DNA of 64,000 nucleotides from Macrostomum lignano (GCA_002269645.1 NIVC01000181.1:461693-525692), one strand, 5' to 3'; positions 1 to 11,925 are shown, counted from the stretch's first letter. Notes: generated by a model from the sequence alone, not told the origin. Numbers and translations: made by a program.

Positions 1-1
1 C

Positions 2-260
2 GGCAGCCCCAATTCGGCCCCGGTACAGAAGGTCGGCTACGCGGACGATTTTATCGCCACTGTGGCTGGACCATCACCCGCGGTCCTAAGAGACCTACGA
101 GTATTTGAGGCTTTCATTCACCGTGCCGAACGCTAAGCACACAGCTGCGGTCTCAAGCTCTCTGAGCCTAAAAGCGTGGCTATTACGCGTATGTACAGCC
201 ACCGAAACTGGAGAACCGAACCGCTCTCCCTGGAAAGCAGAAGCGGTCGCAAAATTCGTT
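2..260 (+). pseudogene. Degenerate non-LTR retrotransposon reverse transcriptase fragment (LOA/R1-like)
   Basis: Frame +2 reads VGYADDFIATVAGPSPAVLRDL...*AHSCGLKLSEPKSVAI, with the YADD motif at 38-49. It parallels [22 protein letters not shown]...[13 protein letters not shown] in the element at 33262 onward. In-frame stops are present; the right boundary is approximate. Confidence 0.75.
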
Positions 261-1070
261 AAGAAGATCATCAACATGCGATCGAATCTTCCTTCGCAAG
301 GTGCTACCGCTAGACTCTGGAGACCTAACCAGTGGGCATCAAAGGTAGCCAAACGAAACCTACCCAACAGAGGACCAGGACAAACAAGTCACTAATGATT
401 TCAATTCCGTGTCAAGCATACACGACACAAAGTTGTTTCGGCAACGCGCAAGAGCAGGAGGGAGGGAGGGATCAGAATTTGTTGATTTATATCTTATTAA
501 GTTATGGCAGGCTCAATTTAAACAGTAGACCCATCAAAAAGGTAGATCTGACGGTTCCTACCTGCAGCGCTATCAGGCTACTGCCAAGAATGCCCTTCAT
601 GCCGTTTTTGGTGTTAGGCCGGATGCCAGATGGAACTCGGCTTGGCAGTTTTGCTTCGTGGCTATGTAGGCACCTAGTCATTAATTTCTGGGAAACTATC
701 TTAGCATGACTTAGAATAAAAATGAATCAATTTGTCGGGAAACCCAAAGCCTAAATAGATAAATAAAATATCCATTCAGCGCTTATTCAAGTCAAAGACA
801 AAACCCCACGTCGCCGCTTCACCGATTTCCCAGTTTCGTGCAGTTTACTACCTGAGAAAATATCTCAAGAAATAATGGACAACTGACTAAGAGTAACTGA
901 ACGCAGCGAGTTTTCTACATTTGCACTGAGAAATACCTTAAGAGGTACTGGTTTGATTGACAGCTGCCATCCAACAAGCATATGTGTATGCTGCATAATA
1001 TTCTTAGACAACCAAGCGTGCATTCTTTACTCACGTAAAGCCAGAAAAATCAACAACTTTGCTCCTAGTA

Positions 1071-1103
1071 CCGGAAACACGTGCCAATCTGATGTGCATA
1101 AAT
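1071..1103 (+). promoter_or_regulatory. Proximal promoter of peptide gene 1: CCGGAA (ETS-like), CACGTG (E-box), CCAAT, CATAAAT (TATA-like)
   Basis: CCGGAAACACGTGCCAATC is identical upstream of the paralog (4379-4397), and CATAAAT follows at the same spacing in both copies. Confidence 0.55.
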
Positions 1104-1187
1104 TCGGAACTGCCGACTGCTCAACACAACAATCTCACATTCGACTCAATCTACACAGCTCGAAGACTCGACTCGACTCAAGCAATC

Positions 1188-1376
1188 ATGAAGTGGCAAC
1201 TCGCTCTCGGACTTTTGCTGTTCGCAGCCATGGCCGTCGCCATGCCCACCCAGGAGGAGAAGGCCCACGCCGAACGTGTGCTGGAGGAGACTCTGTCCAA
1301 CCTGGACGAGTCCAGCCTGTCGCAGGAGCAGAGCCCGAAGCTGAAGAAGAAGTTCATCCATATTCATTTCGGTTAG
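1188..1376 (+). CDS. Secreted prepropeptide 1, 62 aa: signal peptide, acidic propiece, KKK, FIHIHF-G (predicted amidated)
   Basis: ATG at 1188 in AATCATGA context. MKWQLALGLLLFAAMAVA is a hydrophobic signal ending in an AxA site, followed by a Glu-rich spacer, a basic cluster and a terminal Gly. The first 43 residues are 37/43 identical to the paralog at 4503. Confidence 0.85.
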   Translation: MKWQLALGLLLFAAMAVAMPTQEEKAHAERVLEETLSNLDESSLSQEQSPKLKKKFIHIHFG

Positions 1377-4300
1377 ATGAGCTCTCCGCTGCATCTGAGA
1401 TCGAAGTCGCTTCATGAAATATTGAGGCTGACTGACACTGACAACTGACAACTCACCTGACTCTAAACTCCGACTCTGACCATCTAGTTATTAGCTGGTA
1501 ACTGTTCCTATCTAGTGAGCAGTTTTACTAAATATAACGAAAACTCAAATTTTGTTTTAGCATCAACTACAAAAGCTTTGTCTTGCTTGCATTGGTATTT
1601 ATTCAAGTCGCCAAATCGAAAGGCAATGCGTGTCGGACTTTAAATTTATATGACAGTAGTTATCAGTGATAATTTTGTAGAGATAAATAAGTTCCATCAC
1701 CTGTTTTTGTTGAATAGTTTTCTTTATCAACTATGGTATTTTATTGGAGAAAATTTCATTTATGACATAGTTGATCAATTAGTGATCACGTTTCAGAGTT
1801 GTAACGACGCATTTTAATCGCCAAACTGTTGCAGTACAAAAGAAAAATGATTTAACTCTCATTTATTTCAAAATTATTAACTTATTTCATTTATTACCAA
1901 AGGGAACTCGTTTTGAATGCATAGCATGTGCAAAATTGCTTAAACTGGTAAATAAATGGCATATAAATTAGGCATGAACCGTTATAGGATAATGTACAGT
2001 TATTCGTAAGTGAGACTTTAGGATGATAGTCCGGCTCGCGAGTGTGCGCAGCTGCACAGGACTATTAAAGTCTCAGTAATATCCACAGATACTAAAAACA
2101 CTAGATGGGTCACTTAATGCAAATTCGCTCGATGTCTGAATAGCCTACTCTCTTCTGGGCATATGAGCGCGCAAGACTATCGATTTTTGTTTTTCCACGT
2201 CAGCGCTATGGTTTGAGCCATAGACAAAAGTGTCTAGCAACGAAATTCAGCTTACTACGAGGGAGAATCAAAAAGTAGTAGTAGGGGTTCACCATGGCTT
2301 TCCTATGAGAAATCAGAGCTAAGCAAGGAGTATATTTGTCTAACTTTTCTCCTTTGCAAGTACGCTATTTTGTTTTCCAAGTGTTGCCAAGACTAATCAG
2401 GGAGAAGCCACTTCAGAGAGAAGACGTCAATTAAGCGGCGCATCAGATTGTCCTTTCAGGAAGAGGGCGTTTGTGAAGTTACCATGAAGCTGATGAGAAA
2501 AAAGTTGCAAGACGTCTGCACAGAGCCAAATTTACCAGCCGGATCAAGCGCATCTTTTGCCGAAACCGTGCCGACGACACGCACAGATGAGGGGCTTCAA
2601 TGCAGTTTGCTTCTCCTGACACATCAATCGAAGCCATGGAATATGTTGCTGGCTACGTGTAGCAAAAAGTGGTGCACTGGATTGCCTGGATTGCAAGGAA
2701 ACTCTGACCGCTCAAATCCCATCTGGAGTTCACTTGGCCAACAAGCAGTACAGTGTTGTTCACACTGGATTGACAGCACCATCGTAAGCAGTTCTGGAAA
2801 GTTTCAGTCTTTTGGAATCTTTTTGGCTCATTACCGAAGACTAAATTGCTGCAGAATCTCGTGAGCCATTCAATATTGAGACGCTTCCGACACGCAAATG
2901 ACGTGCTCCGTGCGTCAAATTCGCTTGTCTCAGGCTGCATCACTGGTGCCGCTGTGAGGCCAAATCGCTGAAGGATAGGACAGTGCGATGCTCAGCAAGC
3001 AGAAAGATGAGTAAACCCAATTAACCTTTGTGTATTTGTAATAAACATTTAGTATCAGTATTTCGAGACAGTATTTCGTTCTGTCATTCTTCTTCAATTT
3101 GTTGATGCACATTTGCTTCTAAGTTCAACTAACTAGCTTAAACTAAAAAACTTATTTGGTTTATATAAATGCTTTTGTCGTTCCCCATTGCTATACATGT
3201 ATAATACTTATTTTTGTGAAATCATCTTTGTTTATATGAAAAGCTGATATGACCTGTGCATAAAAATACACAAGTGCTACGTGCATGCCACTATTAACAA
3301 TTTTTTACGAAGCCCACATTTTTGTTCAAAGTTTTCATTGCCCGTCCGTGTGATAGAAAAATGAGGACCTGAAATGTCATAACTTTTCAATCTGCATCAT
3401 AATAAAATTTTACTTGATGCACAATTATATCAAAAAAACTCTATACAGACGCCCAATTAAAAGTAGCTTATTCATTAAATAGGCGAGTGACCCATCTAGT
3501 GTTTTTATTATTATCTATGGTAATATCTAAATTATCGAATTTCAGTGGGACCATAGACAAACAATGCATGGAATGAAGAGAGAGGATACAGAAAAGAGAA
3601 ACATAAAGCTGGACGTGAAAAGACTTACGTGGTTTACTGGATTTTGGGCCATAGACAAAAAGTTGCAAACAGGGGATTAAGAGGGTTGGAAAAGAATGAG
3701 ATGCGGAGATTAAGAGAGAATAAAATGTGAATTGCTACATTCGTTTGACCATGGAGAACCAGCCACTTACCGTCCACTACACAAAAAAATAGTTTGTCCG
3801 TACTTTGTTTTAACGTTTACTATAATAGTCATCTATTATCCCGAGTTTGAATTCTTTATTCTATAGTCATTCCAATCTATGCATTATCCAGTGAAGTTTA
3901 TGTGAAGCAATAAATTGAATGTGCTTAAGGTTTAACCATAGACAATGCGAATGATCTTCCATTGTGGGAACTATTTCTAGAAACAAAGACAGGGTAAAGA
4001 GTAAAGGACTAAAGGCCAATCAACAACATTTTCAATCCATTTTGTTTTTCTCCGGCTTTGTAAGCTGGTGTGACTGGCAGCTACTGTTAACTTCCAATGC
4101 CAAGGTCCGTCGACGTGAATTCGACCAAAAAATCTCTAAAATTGATTCACTTTGCTAAAAATTAGTTGATTTTGGCATCTTACACAGCTAGGAGTCAAAT
4201 TGCAGCGAGTTTGATAAACGAGTACATGTACTGTGAAATATTTCTAGCGGTACTCGTTTGATTGGCAGCTGTCGTCAAACAAAGAAAGGCTGCATAGTAC

Positions 4301-4378
4301 TCTCGCAGACAAGCAAACCGTGTAGCTATGCTCATGCTCACGTAAAAGCAAAAAAGTCAAACAACGATGCTCTTTGGA

Positions 4379-4411
4379 CCGGAAACACGTGCCAATCCGT
4401 TGCGCATAAAT
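4379..4411 (+). promoter_or_regulatory. Proximal promoter of peptide gene 2 (same ETS/E-box/CCAAT/TATA-like module)
   Basis: Conserved with 1071-1103. Confidence 0.55.
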
Positions 4412-4502
4412 TGGGAACTCCCAACTGCTCAAGAACTCAACTTTAAACTCGACTCAATCTACACACAGCTCGAAGACTCGACTCGACTCGACTCAAGCAA
4501 TC

Positions 4503-4703
4503 ATGAAGTGGCAAATCGCTCTCGGACTTTTGCTGTGCGCAGCCCTGGCCGTCGCCGTGCCCAGCCAGGAGGAGAAGGCCATGGCCGAACGTGTGCTGGA
4601 GGAGACTCTGTCCAACCTGGACGAGTCCAGCGTGTCGGAGGAGAAGGCCGTCGACAACGCTAAGAAGTGGCTCAGGGTTAGGGCTAGGGTTAGGATCGGT
4701 TAA
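4503..4703 (+). CDS. Secreted prepropeptide 2, 66 aa: signal peptide, acidic propiece, KK, WLRVRARVRI-G (predicted amidated cationic peptide)
   Basis: Paralog of 1188-1376 with the same architecture and GC-rich codon usage; shared 5' leader and partial 3' UTR similarity (ATCTGAGATCGAA..TCGCTTCAT). Confidence 0.85.
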   Translation: MKWQIALGLLLCAALAVAVPSQEEKAMAERVLEETLSNLDESSVSEEKAVDNAKKWLRVRARVRIG

Positions 4704-5799
4704 ATCTGTCTGTCGCACAAAATCTGAGATCGAACTCGAAGTGTTTCGAACTCGCTTCATCGAAAGGCCAAGACTCGTGGGCACTAAGAGCTCACTGCTG
4801 ACCGTACTCTGAACTCTGACCTGTGACCGCTTTATTGACTGATCAGAATTACCAACAAATATAACAGCAATGACAGTCTGTCTAAGCTAACAGCACCTTT
4901 TGGAAGTTATGTTAAGTTTTATTTGCAAGTTATACGACATTAAACGGATTGGTAGTGGAGTTTCTTTGCAGGAAGTGATTATTAAAATGATTTTTACTGA
5001 CTTTTCTAGGCAGCAAATTTTTTTTACTCATGATAGGGCTAGAAAGAAATACTAATCGTACGAACTTCACAACTCTTAACTTAATTCGAGATCTTAGCAC
5101 CTCGTTGGTGGTTTCTTCTCCTCGTGATTGTTCCCAGTGGAGTATTGATTCAAATATCGTCATTGTGGGAACTGATTTCTAGAAGCAAACAAGGACGGGA
5201 TTGCGGGAACGCCGGTCTAAAAGCGAATTTGCTACATTTTCAATCCAATTTGTTTGTTTCGAAGAACTCCTTTGTGAGCTGATGGGACTGGTAGCTACTA
5301 AGATCGTACTAACTTCCAATGCCAAGTTCCTTCGACGTGAATTCAACCAAAAAATTGATTCACTTTGAAAATAATGTTTTGTTTCTAGGTGTCCCATACA
5401 ACTAAGAGTAAAAAATGCAGAGTTTTATACACCTGCAATCTGAAATATCCCAAGCTGTACTTGTTTGATCGATAGTCGTAAAAAATTATTCTGACAACAT
5501 GCTTCAGACTATGCGTCTTTTAGGATGTTTTTGAGCATTTTCACTTGTATGCGTATCTGTTCTCACAGTACTCACAATTGGTGACGAACATGTTTAGAAA
5601 CAAAAATGTTTCCCCGAAGAGATCCACACTCTGGGACACTTTTGCAATAAGACACTTCTGTGGGAAGAGATTCACATAAGGACACTAGGAACACTTTGTT
5701 ATAGACTCTAGTCTAGTAGTCCTTGGATTCAAAATGGCACATCCCACAATACATCTTATCTTTTAGTAAGAGACACACTCAATAGGATGTATTCTAAGA

Positions 5800-6178
5800 C
5801 AGGTGTCGCAAACCCGGCCCGCGAAGCCTGATCTTTATCCGACCCTTGGGTTCTTTGAAATTTCACAATAGCAATCCGGCCTGTCTCTTCTTAGCTCCCC
5901 CTCTCTCTTCTCTCCTCTCTCCCCTCTCTCCTCTCTTCTTCTCTCCTCTCTCCTCTCTTCTCTTATCTCCGCCTTTCTCCTTCTCCTCTCACCCTCTTCT
6001 GCTCTTCTCTCCCCTCTATCCCCTCTTCCCTAATCCCTCGTGTTATTATCCTCTCTTATCTTCTCTCTCATCCCATCTCTCGCTTCTCCTCTCCCATCTT
6101 CTATTCCCTCTCTTCTTCTCTTTCATGAGCTGGATTCTTTATCAGGACCTTGAGGTAAAAAGTTTGCCGACACCCCTG
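5800..6178. mobile_element. hAT-type MITE with CT-rich interior
   Basis: Imperfect TIRs CAGGTGTCGCAAAC / GTTTGCCGACACCCCTG; 8-bp flanks TTCTAAGA / TTCTAGGA (7/8 match). Confidence 0.7.
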
Positions 6179-7040
6179 TTCTAGGAAATTATCTTAGAGA
6201 TGCATTCTTAGAAACACATCCCTGGAACATTGCAATTAAGAGACACGACAAAAATACTTTCTCTATAGCTTAGTAATAGTCCATCAAGTTCACTAATCAA
6301 TAACTCAAGTTAAATACCTTAGCGTTTTGACAAGAAAATCAGGGAATGAATTAAGAAACAAATATCCTGTCAGTCATTCCTACATTATGACCATGTTCTC
6401 CATCCCAACCGTAGCTATCAAGCATGCTAATACGACAGAAACTAAAGACGTAGGCCAACTCAGGATTGAGAATTGATTGGGGATGGCGCCATGTATACCA
6501 TTCAATTTTCTCTTCCCCACGTTGATTCTTTTTGATCGACTGTTACTCAGTCTACAATGTGGCTCCGCTCCTACCCCAGATCCCTTGGGAATCATTTAAT
6601 TAGCCAAAAGGATACACTCACGCACAGACACTCCCCATCTGCCGGCAGACTAAGCAACAGTTCAGTCAAGTGTAATTACTAGAGCGAGACGGAACTTTCT
6701 CCAGCTTCCACATGAAAAATATTGCTGGCTACTTCTGTCGCTCTCGTCTCCTTGGCGACCAGAAAGCTGCTTTGTGTTTTTGCAATTAAATACAGGGGGG
6801 AGGCTGTGGGGCACCGGAAACTGGGCTGGTCCTCATCACGCATAATTTTGTACAGTGATGTCGGAGATGGCTACAGAGTCACCCGGTTAATTCTATTGGA
6901 AGAGTCCTGGGTAATTTGATTCGATTTCGTTCAGTTTGGGGCTTGAACAAGCGCCGCGTACACAAAATTTGACTTTTTGTGTACCCCCAAGGAAGGAACA
7001 GAGTACGTTCTTGCCTGACGCTGAGAAAGTCAGGGCCGCT

Positions 7041-9037
7041 TTACAATCTGAGTGAATGCATGCCGGAGTGTGTGTGCTCAGGCGTCGGTGAAATGTGCGT
7101 AACTGTTTGCCTCCTCGCTGTCGCCTTGTCTTGCTGCAGCAAAAATCCTAAAAGCCCAGAAACTGGCTAACATAATTTGTGGCATTAGGAAACAAGGCGA
7201 TACGGCTAACGACAAGCACTCTACAAATCCTATTATATTTTTCTGGGCGACGATGTCACAATCCAAACTTTTTTCAACGGATCTAAATCCTGCCAAATCC
7301 CTTGCAGATCCCCATAAACAGCGATTTCCGCTCACCTTGGCGGCAGCGGCCTGCAGCCGTCTGCTTTGCACAGCCGGAGCCGCCTCCCGCCGCCGCCTCC
7401 AGCCGCATCTTTCGTCGTCGCTCTGCAGCTGCGCTTCATCGCTGAACGCCGCCGCCAGTGGTAACTGCGGCGATGCGGCCTCGGACGTAGCCGCAGAGGA
7501 ATCCTCGCCGACTTTGGTTGCCACGCGGAGGCGGCATGCCGTTGCCGTGACTGCAGCCGCCGCCGGCCGAGTCCGCTGCCGCTGTCCCTCTAGCTGTTTG
7601 CCACTGAAGTCCTGGTGCCGAAGCAGCGTCTGGATGGAGCGCCTGGACAGCTGAGAGAGCCGGCCGTCGTCATTCTCGAAGGTCGCCGCCGTTGTCGACA
7701 CCGCTGACTCCTCGTCCGCCGAGGCCATCGAGCCGACTGCCGTCGACCAGCGTCTGCGCGAGGCAACGCAGCCGCCGCCGCCTCCGTCGCTGGTTTCGCC
7801 GCTTTTGAAGCCGCCGGCCTCGCCGATCGTCTGCGATCGCGGAAGTCGCCGCCGCGGTGCTGGCAGCTCTCCGCGGCTGTTGTCGACTTGACTGACCTTC
7901 CCAGCTTCAGCAGCCGACACAGGGCTGATGTCTGTTGAGCAGAATTTTAGAGTCGAGATAAGAATCGGAGAAACTTTGGGCAAATTCTGCGGGTGCCTTG
8001 AGAAATGAACAGAGCGTGGAGAGCCACTCGTACTCCGGCTCAATTCCGCTCTCGCCGCTGCTGCGTAGCAAAGCAAAGACTAGGGAGAGTGGGAGAAGTG
8101 TCGTGAGTAGCTTTGGCTTGGCTTTCATTGGGTATTCACCTTCCTCATGTCTCCGCTCTCCTCTCAGTCTCGTTTACTTAGTTCTGCCCCAGAGGCTTCT
8201 CAGGGCTGCACTCAAATTGACAAATGGGAGTCAATTCCCTCTCCCCGCCTGTCTCCCTTTACTCGCTCCGACTATTTTTTGCCCATCGCTTTTTCAGCGA
8301 GGCTGAGCAGACTGGGCCCCAGGTATCCCAACACTAGTCTGACATCCTAGTGCCAACAATCCGGCTTTATTTTGCTATCCCCAGCACTTGTTCGCCATTT
8401 TTATTCCCAACAGTGAATATTCCCAGACAGAGAGCTGAAGCCGCCGGTATCTCCATTATCTTTTTTTCCTCCCTTAACCATTTGAGCCTCGGGGAGGGAT
8501 CAATCCCTTCCCACGCAAGCGACCGATTTCTGGGTCGAATTCCCTATGAAAATCCCTGAGTAGAGACGGAGCTGCTGCGGAGATGGGAGAGCCAGCGGGA
8601 GTCAAAAGTACCTTCAGCAACAGGCCGCCAGATCGCATTTAGCAGAGGGCTGCGGACGACTCTCGGAGGGATGAAATGGGTGCAATCCAATCCAGTATAT
8701 TCATTTATGCATTCGGGCTGTCTCAGCAATCTATAATATTTACTATAAATTACCAATTACTTTTTAAACAAGTTAATTATCACGCATTAACAGGCTCATC
8801 AGCAGTTCAGATACCTCCCAGTCTCCTGGCCAACCGATCCATCGAAGCCTTCAGCTCTGATAGAGCCTCATCACCTTGGGATGATTCAGCCTCGGACACG
8901 GTAGTCAGCGAGCTGGAACAAAGGCTGGAAGAAAGGACACCTGAGCAGTCCTGATCGAGATCAACCAGTTCGAGCTGTTGGTCTTTGTCTCCGAGCCAGG
9001 TGGAGACGCGGTCAATCCGCTGCTGCCGCTGCGTCAT
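7041..9037 (-). CDS. Unknown Ala/Ser/Arg-rich low-complexity protein, putative 3 exons (9037-8815, 7931-7336, 7133-7041)
   Basis: GC-rich open frames; GT-AG junctions in compatible phases (GGA G|GTATCT, CAG|AC, AAG|GTGAGC, CAG|CAA). No recognisable domain; the terminal exon is the least certain. Confidence 0.45.
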
Positions 9038-10841
9038 TTTTGACTCGCGCTGGGTTTTTATCAATCAATCAAAATTCCCGTTTGAACCTACATGCCCGGA
9101 TGCCTCTAGTCTCAGTGCTCTCGGGTAACAGGAACTTCGCGCCTGCACCAGCCGCTTCAATCCTTCCGCCTTTCTATGCGCACTGCAGCAGAACGGGGCA
9201 GACTGCCTAGGCTGCGGGATTGTGTTCCTCTCTGCCCTTGAAGAAAAACTTCAAGCCTGTGTCTCTCTCCCTATCTCTCTGTATTTTTACTTGCTTCAGT
9301 AAAAATTGCATTCTTCTTATTAACCTGCGACCCTCTGATACCAATTGCTTTTAATTGGTCCCACTAACGCCATAGAAGGGGTAATATAGTATGCACTGCA
9401 TAGGCTGGTTGAAGCAAAGCTTTAGCAATGGACTCGGGAAATCCGGAAAGCTTCTGGTAGCTGAACTGAGGGACGGGAGCGAACTGAGGTCTGCATGATA
9501 AACAAATTTCACTGTACGACTTGCTTCCCAACTAGATCGACTTGGTTGGAAGCAACAAGGCAGGTGGAAGATCCGTGCGTGTGCGTGCGTTTTGCTACAC
9601 CGATAGCACCCTGCACTGATTCAAGGTTCTGTTTTGAAATTTAGTCATTCAATCATGCTGGATTGCATGCATGCATGCTGGACATGACATTGCATTACAT
9701 ACTGGGCATAACTGGTACATCAACAGATAATCGCCCCCATCAAATGATGCACATTAGTGACACGCACCACAAGCTATTTGCATAAAAAATGATGATGAAG
9801 CATGGACTTATCCCAGGCTCCAAATAACAGATGCAGTACAGATTTTTTTCTGCTTTTTCAATAAATTACAAGCCTTAAAACATACTTGTACCTTCCCACT
9901 TCTCTACTTCTAGTAGGCATCTTAGCTTGCTAATCAGACCAGGCCGATGAAATATTTATGCTACAAGGACTGAACTATGCAAGTTGTGTCACATGTTGTG
10001 GATGAGAAGGTACGCCCCCGACAATAAATTGGGTGCGTCCGAAGAGACAGCCTCATAAACATTCATTTAATGAAATGTCGAGTTGAGGTTGAGTTGTCAT
10101 TGTGCACCTATGATAAAACTGTCTTCATCATTTCGAAGTTCCCAAAGGCCCGTCAGGCTGTTAATGATGATGATGATGATGAACTCAAAGTTTTCGTACC
10201 ACCTCGTAAAGGCTGATCTTACCCATCGAATGCATCAAAATCTTCTGAATTGACAGTCGTTTAACTTACGAGCGAGACGTAAAATTATAACAAAAGGCCT
10301 GCAACTTGGATCTCGCAAATGCAGCTGCTCCACGAATGTTGGCAGCCCATTCACAACGGCGGTGGCACCCTCCCTCTCACAGCAGGCTTGGCCCCTCTGT
10401 TTCCAATTGAAGCAGTTCCCTATGCAACAACTAACTGTGGTGCTGGCGCCTCACAATGCCACACCCATCATTACGCCACACGATTGAGCCCTCACGATGG
10501 CGCTCCCAAAGACGCGCCCCCAGCAAAAATACTTGGCTACAAAGATCAAACGCTTACCATTGCAGCTGGGTTTGCAAAGTCGCACTGCACAGTAGCCGCT
10601 CCAATTGGACATGATGCGGAGAACTGCACCGACTTCACAGTCTGTTTTCACAGTTTCACAGTTGATAAACTTCACAGTCTAGACTTGAATCAAGATCTGT
10701 CCAGCTTAAGACCGACTTGTTATGCTAGGTACGGTCTCAGAAAGTAAGAATAGGTCGATTTGCGGTTGGATGGATGAATACAACACATAAGATGGAGTTG
10801 GACTGAACCAATCAGCGTGAGCTTCCTTGTCGCTCAGTTTA

Positions 10842-11072
10842 TCTCAGTGCCTGTCTCAGCTTGTCAGTCGAGTTGTATCCTGTGTGTGTCTCAGTGCCTG
10901 CAACAGCTTGTCAGTCGAGTTGTATCCTGTGTGTGTCTCAGTGCCTGCAACAGCTTGTCAGTCGAGTTGTATCCTGTGTGTGTGTCTCAGTGCCTGCAAC
11001 AGCTTGTCAGTTGAGTTGCATCCTGTGTGTGTCTCAGTGCCTGCAACAGCTTGTCAGTTGAGTTGTATCCTG
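10842..11072. repeat. Minisatellite, about 5 x 47 bp
   Basis: Unit TCTCAGTGCCTGCAACAGCTTGTCAGTCGAGTTGTATCCTGTGTGTG starts at 10842, 10889, 10936, 10985 and 11032, with no spacers. Confidence 0.95.
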
Positions 11073-11479
11073 TAAGTGGCTGCGTACACAGCCTGGCATT
11101 GAAACAGGCTCGTCTGTACGGAATTGTTAACAAAACAAATAGACAGCAAAGAAGTCAGTTCCAAGTAGAAATATCGCACCTACGAAGTATGTCTTAGACT
11201 AGTCATGACCATTTCCATAAATAGTGACACACTCGACAGAAATGTCCCGGTTTTGATAAAATCTCCGCGACAGACCGGCAGGGATATGCGGAACAGCTTC
11301 TCCAGCCCTGAGCGGTGCCGAGGGAATCGCGTCGGCTCATAATTATGCAGACTCAATAAGCTGGATGCAGACTGTCCCTGGCCTAGCAATGCTGCAAGCT
11401 GAATAATTCAATCACCACCGCACAGCGGTGTCTGCGCTACTGTTGAAGGCTAATCCTGTGTGCGACAAATCCCTGCATG

Positions 11480-11925
<446 letters not shown>

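Noticed and set aside
1059-1187. N-terminal extensions of the peptide ORFs and overlapping alternative-frame ORFs (953-1417, 4367-4663)
   Set aside because: They start at non-ATG codons within the promoter; the conserved ATG and signal peptide begin at 1188 and 4503.
2448-2943. ORFs of 138 and 96 aa between the peptide genes
   Set aside because: No domain recognised and stops in neighbouring frames; probably a decayed repeat.
6979-7170. Cys-rich plus-strand ORF as a defensin-like peptide
   Set aside because: No signal peptide, and it lies antisense to the putative last exon of the minus-strand gene.
10842-11072. 47-bp repeats, and the 23-bp array at 24300-24545, as CRISPR arrays
   Set aside because: Head-to-tail copies without unique spacers, no cas genes, eukaryotic context.
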